A DNA stretch of 27,638 bases, from the NCBI GenBank assembly GCA_009786275.1, contig WQTL01000516.1:1-27638 (forward strand). The letters are read 5' to 3'. Positions 24,634 to 27,638 of the stretch are shown here, piece after piece. Under the pieces are notes generated by a model. It had not been told where the DNA came from and searched no databases. It saw only the letters and a program-made list of their open reading frames with translations. Every line of letters begins with the position of its first letter. The first letter of the stretch is position 1. Made by a program: the position numbers and the translations under genes. The stretch comes from Bacillota bacterium. Its GTDB lineage: Bacteria > Bacillota > Clostridia > Oscillospirales > Acutalibacteraceae.

Positions 24634-26682
24634 ATGGAGGCAGCAAACCCAAACGAGGAAATCTATAGAAAACTGCGGGCGAATTTCGACGGCAGGATTG
24701 TCCGCAAAGACCTGACCAAGGCCATCAAGGAGGGCGCGAACGTGCCTGTCTATGTCTTGGAGTTTTTGCTTGGACAGTATTGTTCTTCTGACGACCCGCA
24801 GATTATCGAAAGCGGTGTGGCGAACGTCAAGAGAATCCTTTCCGAGAACTTCGTGCGCCCTGACGAGGCGCAGAAGGTGCTGTCATCTCTGCGGGAGCGC
24901 GGCGGCTACACGGTTATCGACCGCATCACAGTCAGCCTGAACATAAAGTTTGACCGATATGAAGCGGACTTCTCCAACCTTGGCGTTCGGGGTATCCCCA
25001 TTTCGGCAGACTATGTATCCAGGTATGACCGCCTGCTGTGCGGCGGCATCTGGTGCATCGTCGGGCTTGAATATGAGTACATTGAGGAAGACAAAAAATC
25101 CACGCCGATACGCGTCGTGAAGCTGACCCCGATTCAAATGCCACACATTGACATGGCCGAAATAAAGGAAGGCCGCAAAGCCTTTTCCAAGGATGAGTGG
25201 ATTGCGGTTTTGCTTCGCTCTGCCGGCATGGAAGCCGACCATTTTACCAACCGCGAGAAATGGCTACAGCTCACCCGTATGCTCCCGCTCATAGAAAACA
25301 ACTTCAATCTCTGTGAGCTGGGGCCTCGCAGCACGGGCAAGTCGCATCTTTATAAGGAAATTTCGCCAAACTCCATCCTTGTATCCGGTGGGCAGACTAC
25401 GGTCGCCAATCTCTTCTACAACATGTCGAATAAGCAGGTCGGCCTTGTGGGTTTATGGGACTGCGTGGCATTCGATGAGGTGGCGGGCATTACGTTCAAG
25501 GACAAAGACGGCGTTCAAATCATGAAGGACTACATGGCGTCCGGCTCGTTCGCTCGCGGCAAGGAGGAAAAGGCGGCGTCCGCCTCAATGGTTTTTGTGG
25601 GCAATATCAACCAGAGCGTGGATGTGCTGCTGAAAACCTCACACCTCTTTGACCCGTTCCCCGAAGCGATGGCCTATGATACGGCATTCCTGGACCGTAT
25701 GCATTGCTATAATCCCGGCTGGGAAATCCCAAAGTACCGTCCAGAATCATTCACCAACGGCTACGGCTTTATCACTGATTACCTCGCTGAGTTCATGCGG
25801 CAGATGCGCAAAGAGCCATTCGGTGACGTCTGCGATAAATATTTCCGCTTCGGCAGCAACCTGAACCAGCGCGATGTAATTGCCGTGCGAAAAATCGTGT
25901 CTGGTTTTGCCAAGCTGCTCTACCCGAACGGCGAGTTCACCAAGGAAGAGATAGAGGAAGTCCTCGTCTTTGCCCTTGAAATGCGCCGCCGCGTCAAAGA
26001 GCAACTCAAGAAAATCGGCGGCATGGAGTTCTACGATGTGAACTTTTCCTACGTCGACAACGAGTCCTTTGAGGAACGTTATGTTTCCGTACCGGAGCAA
26101 GGCGGCGGCAAGATAATTCCAGAAGGCTTGACGAACCCCGGTAATATCTACACCATCTCGCAAGGTAAAAGCGGCATGATAGGCGTATACCGTCTTGAAA
26201 CGCAAATGCTCCCCGGCAACGGAAAATTCGAGCGCACGGGGCTTGGCTCTGACCGCGACGCGAAGGAAGCCACCAACACGGCGTTTAACTACCTGAAAGC
26301 AAGCGGACACCAGATAAGCGGTCAACTCAGCACGACAACAAAGGACTACATCATTAACTATCAAGACCTCAACGGCATCGGCATGACAAAGTTCTTGACA
26401 TTGCCGTCTGTGATAGCCCTCGCTTCCTGCGCCCTTGGCAAGCCAACACTTTCCAGTCTGGCCGTTCTCGGCGAAATCAGCATCAGCGGCACTATCCTCA
26501 AGGTTGAGGAGCTGGCAAGTGTCCTGCAAGTCTGCCTCGATGCTGGGGCAAAAAAAGTGTTGATCCCCATCACCTCTGCCGCTGAACTGGGCATGGTTCC
26601 AGCGGACCTCATCGGCGCATTCAGCCTGATATTTTACAGCACGCCACAAGAAGCTGTTCGCAAGGCTTTGGGCGTGGAATAA
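24634..26682 (+). CDS. brxL: BREX Lon-like AAA+ protein BrxL
   Basis: GANVPVYVLEFLLG, ELGPRSTGKS, AFDEVAG and a C-terminal Lon-like domain (LGEISISG...GAKKVLIP); RBS AGGAGG. Confidence 0.95.
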   Translation: MEAANPNEEIYRKLRANFDGRIVRKDLTKAIKEGANVPVYVLEFLLGQYCSSDDPQIIESGVANVKRILSENFVRPDEAQKVLSSLRERGGYTVIDRITVSLNIKFDRYEADFSNLGVRGIPISADYVSRYDRLLCGGIWCIVGLEYEYIEEDKKSTPIRVVKLTPIQMPHIDMAEIKEGRKAFSKDEWIAVLLRSAGMEADHFTNREKWLQLTRMLPLIENNFNLCELGPRSTGKSHLYKEISPNSILVSGGQTTVANLFYNMSNKQVGLVGLWDCVAFDEVAGITFKDKDGVQIMKDYMASGSFARGKEEKAASASMVFVGNINQSVDVLLKTSHLFDPFPEAMAYDTAFLDRMHCYNPGWEIPKYRPESFTNGYGFITDYLAEFMRQMRKEPFGDVCDKYFRFGSNLNQRDVIAVRKIVSGFAKLLYPNGEFTKEEIEEVLVFALEMRRRVKEQLKKIGGMEFYDVNFSYVDNESFEERYVSVPEQGGGKIIPEGLTNPGNIYTISQGKSGMIGVYRLETQMLPGNGKFERTGLGSDRDAKEATNTAFNYLKASGHQISGQLSTTTKDYIINYQDLNGIGMTKFLTLPSVIALASCALGKPTLSSLAVLGEISISGTILKVEELASVLQVCLDAGAKKVLIPITSAAELGMVPADLIGAFSLIFYSTPQEAVRKALGVE

Positions 26683-26723
26683 GAGTAAGGTGCGCCACTA
26701 AACTTTTTTTCATCGCATAAATA

Positions 26724-26765
26724 TAAAGGCTCGAAACGGCTGTGCAAGGTCGTTTCGAGCCTTTA
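26724..26765. terminator. Probably bidirectional terminator after brxL
   Basis: TAAAGGCTCGAAACGGC-8 nt loop-GTCGTTTCGAGCCTTTA, a 17-bp stem with one G-T pair. Confidence 0.75.
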
Positions 26766-26785
26766 CAAAATTGTCCTTTCGTAAT

Positions 26786-26878
26786 GACCGCATAGCAAAT
26801 AGTCTGGTAAGTTCTCCCGTGCCTCCGTCCGTCGTAAACGGCGATCACGGCATCAGCCCTGTCAACCATGAAGCGGTT
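26786..26878 (-). pseudogene. SLOG/YpsA (DUF1273)-like C-terminal fragment
   Basis: NRFMVDRADAVIAVYDG...TYQTICYA matches the RNxxMVDxxxxxIAVYDG..GT..T..YA pattern. Confidence 0.6.
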
Positions 26879-27097
26879 GTCGGGCACGCCTTTTGTGGGC
26901 CGCCCGAACGCCACGCCACGCGCCTTGGCCGCCGCAATCCCTTCAGCCTGCCGCTGACGAATGGCTATGCGCTCCCGTTCTGAGCAGTAGCTCAACAGTT
27001 GCAAGATGATGTCGCTGATCAGCCGCCCGGTGAGGTCGCGGTCTTTCTGTCGCGTGTCGAGCAGCGGCATATCCAGCACCACGATATCCGCACCCTT
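26879..27097 (-). pseudogene. Small serine resolvase internal fragment
   Basis: KGADIVVLDMPLLDTR...IILQLLSY..ERERIAIRQRQAEGIAAAKARGVAFGRP; the N-terminus is absent. Confidence 0.8.
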
Positions 27098-27170
27098 CCA
27101 TTGTAAATCATCGTAGCTGATACAGCTATTCCTTTTTTTGCTTTCACGCCAGGCTCACATGAAAAGGCGC

Positions 27171-27199
27171 TTGCCTTCCCATCTGTTCTGTGCTATGAT
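27171..27199 (+). promoter_or_regulatory. Sigma-A promoter of the downstream secreted-protein gene
   Basis: TTGCCT, 17-nt spacer ending in TGC, TATGAT; RBS GAGGAGG ahead of ATG 27242. Confidence 0.55.
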
Positions 27200-27241
27200 T
27201 AAAAAGTCAGAAGAGCGGAAGTAAGAGGAGGCTCATTTCCT

Positions 27242-27550
27242 ATGAAAAAGAAAACCATAGTTTCCTTGGCCATCGCACTGCCCGCTGCGCTTTTGCTTGC
27301 CTTGGGCGTCCTGCACGCCCTCAGCTACGTCAATACCATAAAGGAGAAGCCTATGCAATACACTCTATCCCAGGGCGATCTAGCGCTCAATTATGACCCC
27401 TGCGCCATGACCTTGCGTGTTGTAAATCACAACGGCACGCGGTGGGACTGGCTGCCCAAAGCCTGCTACGTGGAGCTCGCGGGCGGCAAACGGCTCGCGT
27501 TCGAAAAGGCGCTGTGCGAAAGCGAGGAGCTTGAAATTGATGGTGTGCTA
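27242..27550 (+). pseudogene. Secreted/membrane-anchored protein N-terminus truncated by an IS630 insertion
   Basis: Signal/anchor MKKKTIVSLAIALPAALLLALGVLHA. The last codons of the ORF (VPCKT*) lie inside the IS end. Confidence 0.55.
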
Positions 27551-27638
27551 GTACCCTGTAAAACCTAATCATTGAACAACCGGATAAAGCCTTTTGAGCT
27601 TGATACGAGCATCTTCGGCAGTAAACTGCCAATCGACA
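27549..27638 (-). mobile_element. IS630-family element right end (continues beyond the window)
   Basis: Minus strand VDWQFTAEDARIKLKRLYPVVQ* (stop 27571-27569), a conserved IS630 C-terminus. It is followed by a terminal ...ACAGGGTAC and the TA target at 27549-27550. Confidence 0.8.

Larger units (their letters stand above)
3112..26765 (+). mobile_element. Probable integrative genomic island carrying BREX (boundaries not defined)
   Basis: A co-oriented block with a sigma-like regulator, XRE, HipA-like kinase, AAA_25, LSR and defence cargo. No conjugation or phage structural genes and no att sites were identified. Confidence 0.5.

Noticed and set aside
4816-26649. Long minus-strand ORFs (e.g. 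4816..5829, 7368..8465, 15313..16062, 20004..21779, 25747..26649)
   Set aside because: They are antisense shadows of well-supported plus-strand genes in GC-rich DNA, with no recognisable motifs.
26150-26682. BrxL as an active Lon protease
   Set aside because: The DGPSAG/Lys dyad context is absent (GIGMTK..., KVEELAS). This is normal for BrxL and not novel.
1-27638. CRISPR array, tRNA/rRNA, DGR/retron, or a repeat-spacer explanation of the fragments
   Set aside because: No regularly spaced direct repeats, no tRNA-like cloverleaf, no reverse transcriptase or cas gene, and no common motif at the junctions were seen.

Overview
GC-rich DNA, probably from a Clostridia-like Firmicute (inferred from gene families and RBS/promoter style), with three parts. 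(1) 1-3.1 kb: an intact hup gene sits among short joined fragments of a phage collagen-like gene, GH29, a beta-helix hydrolase, a GH76-like protein, a serine recombinase C-terminus, IS630 and IS5. (2) 3.2-12.6 kb: an integrative-element module. It carries a sigma70-region-4-like regulator, a structured intergenic RNA candidate, XRE plus a HipA-like kinase, an AAA_25 ATPase and a large serine recombinase (LSR) with an atypical C-terminal domain. In one translationally coupled run, the LSR is followed by four stand-alone paralogs of that domain and two paralogs of its resolvase domain that lack the catalytic Ser. (3) 12.6-26.7 kb: a complete, apparently intact type 1 BREX operon (HTH, brxA, brxB, brxC, pglX, fic, pglZ, brxL). 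More fragments and an IS630 end follow. The best candidate for an undescribed system is the LSR with its split-domain paralog operon (6876-11562). The many fragment junctions outside BREX may be real or may be assembly/amplification chimeras, and need read-level checking. All family assignments come from recalled motifs; no searches were run.
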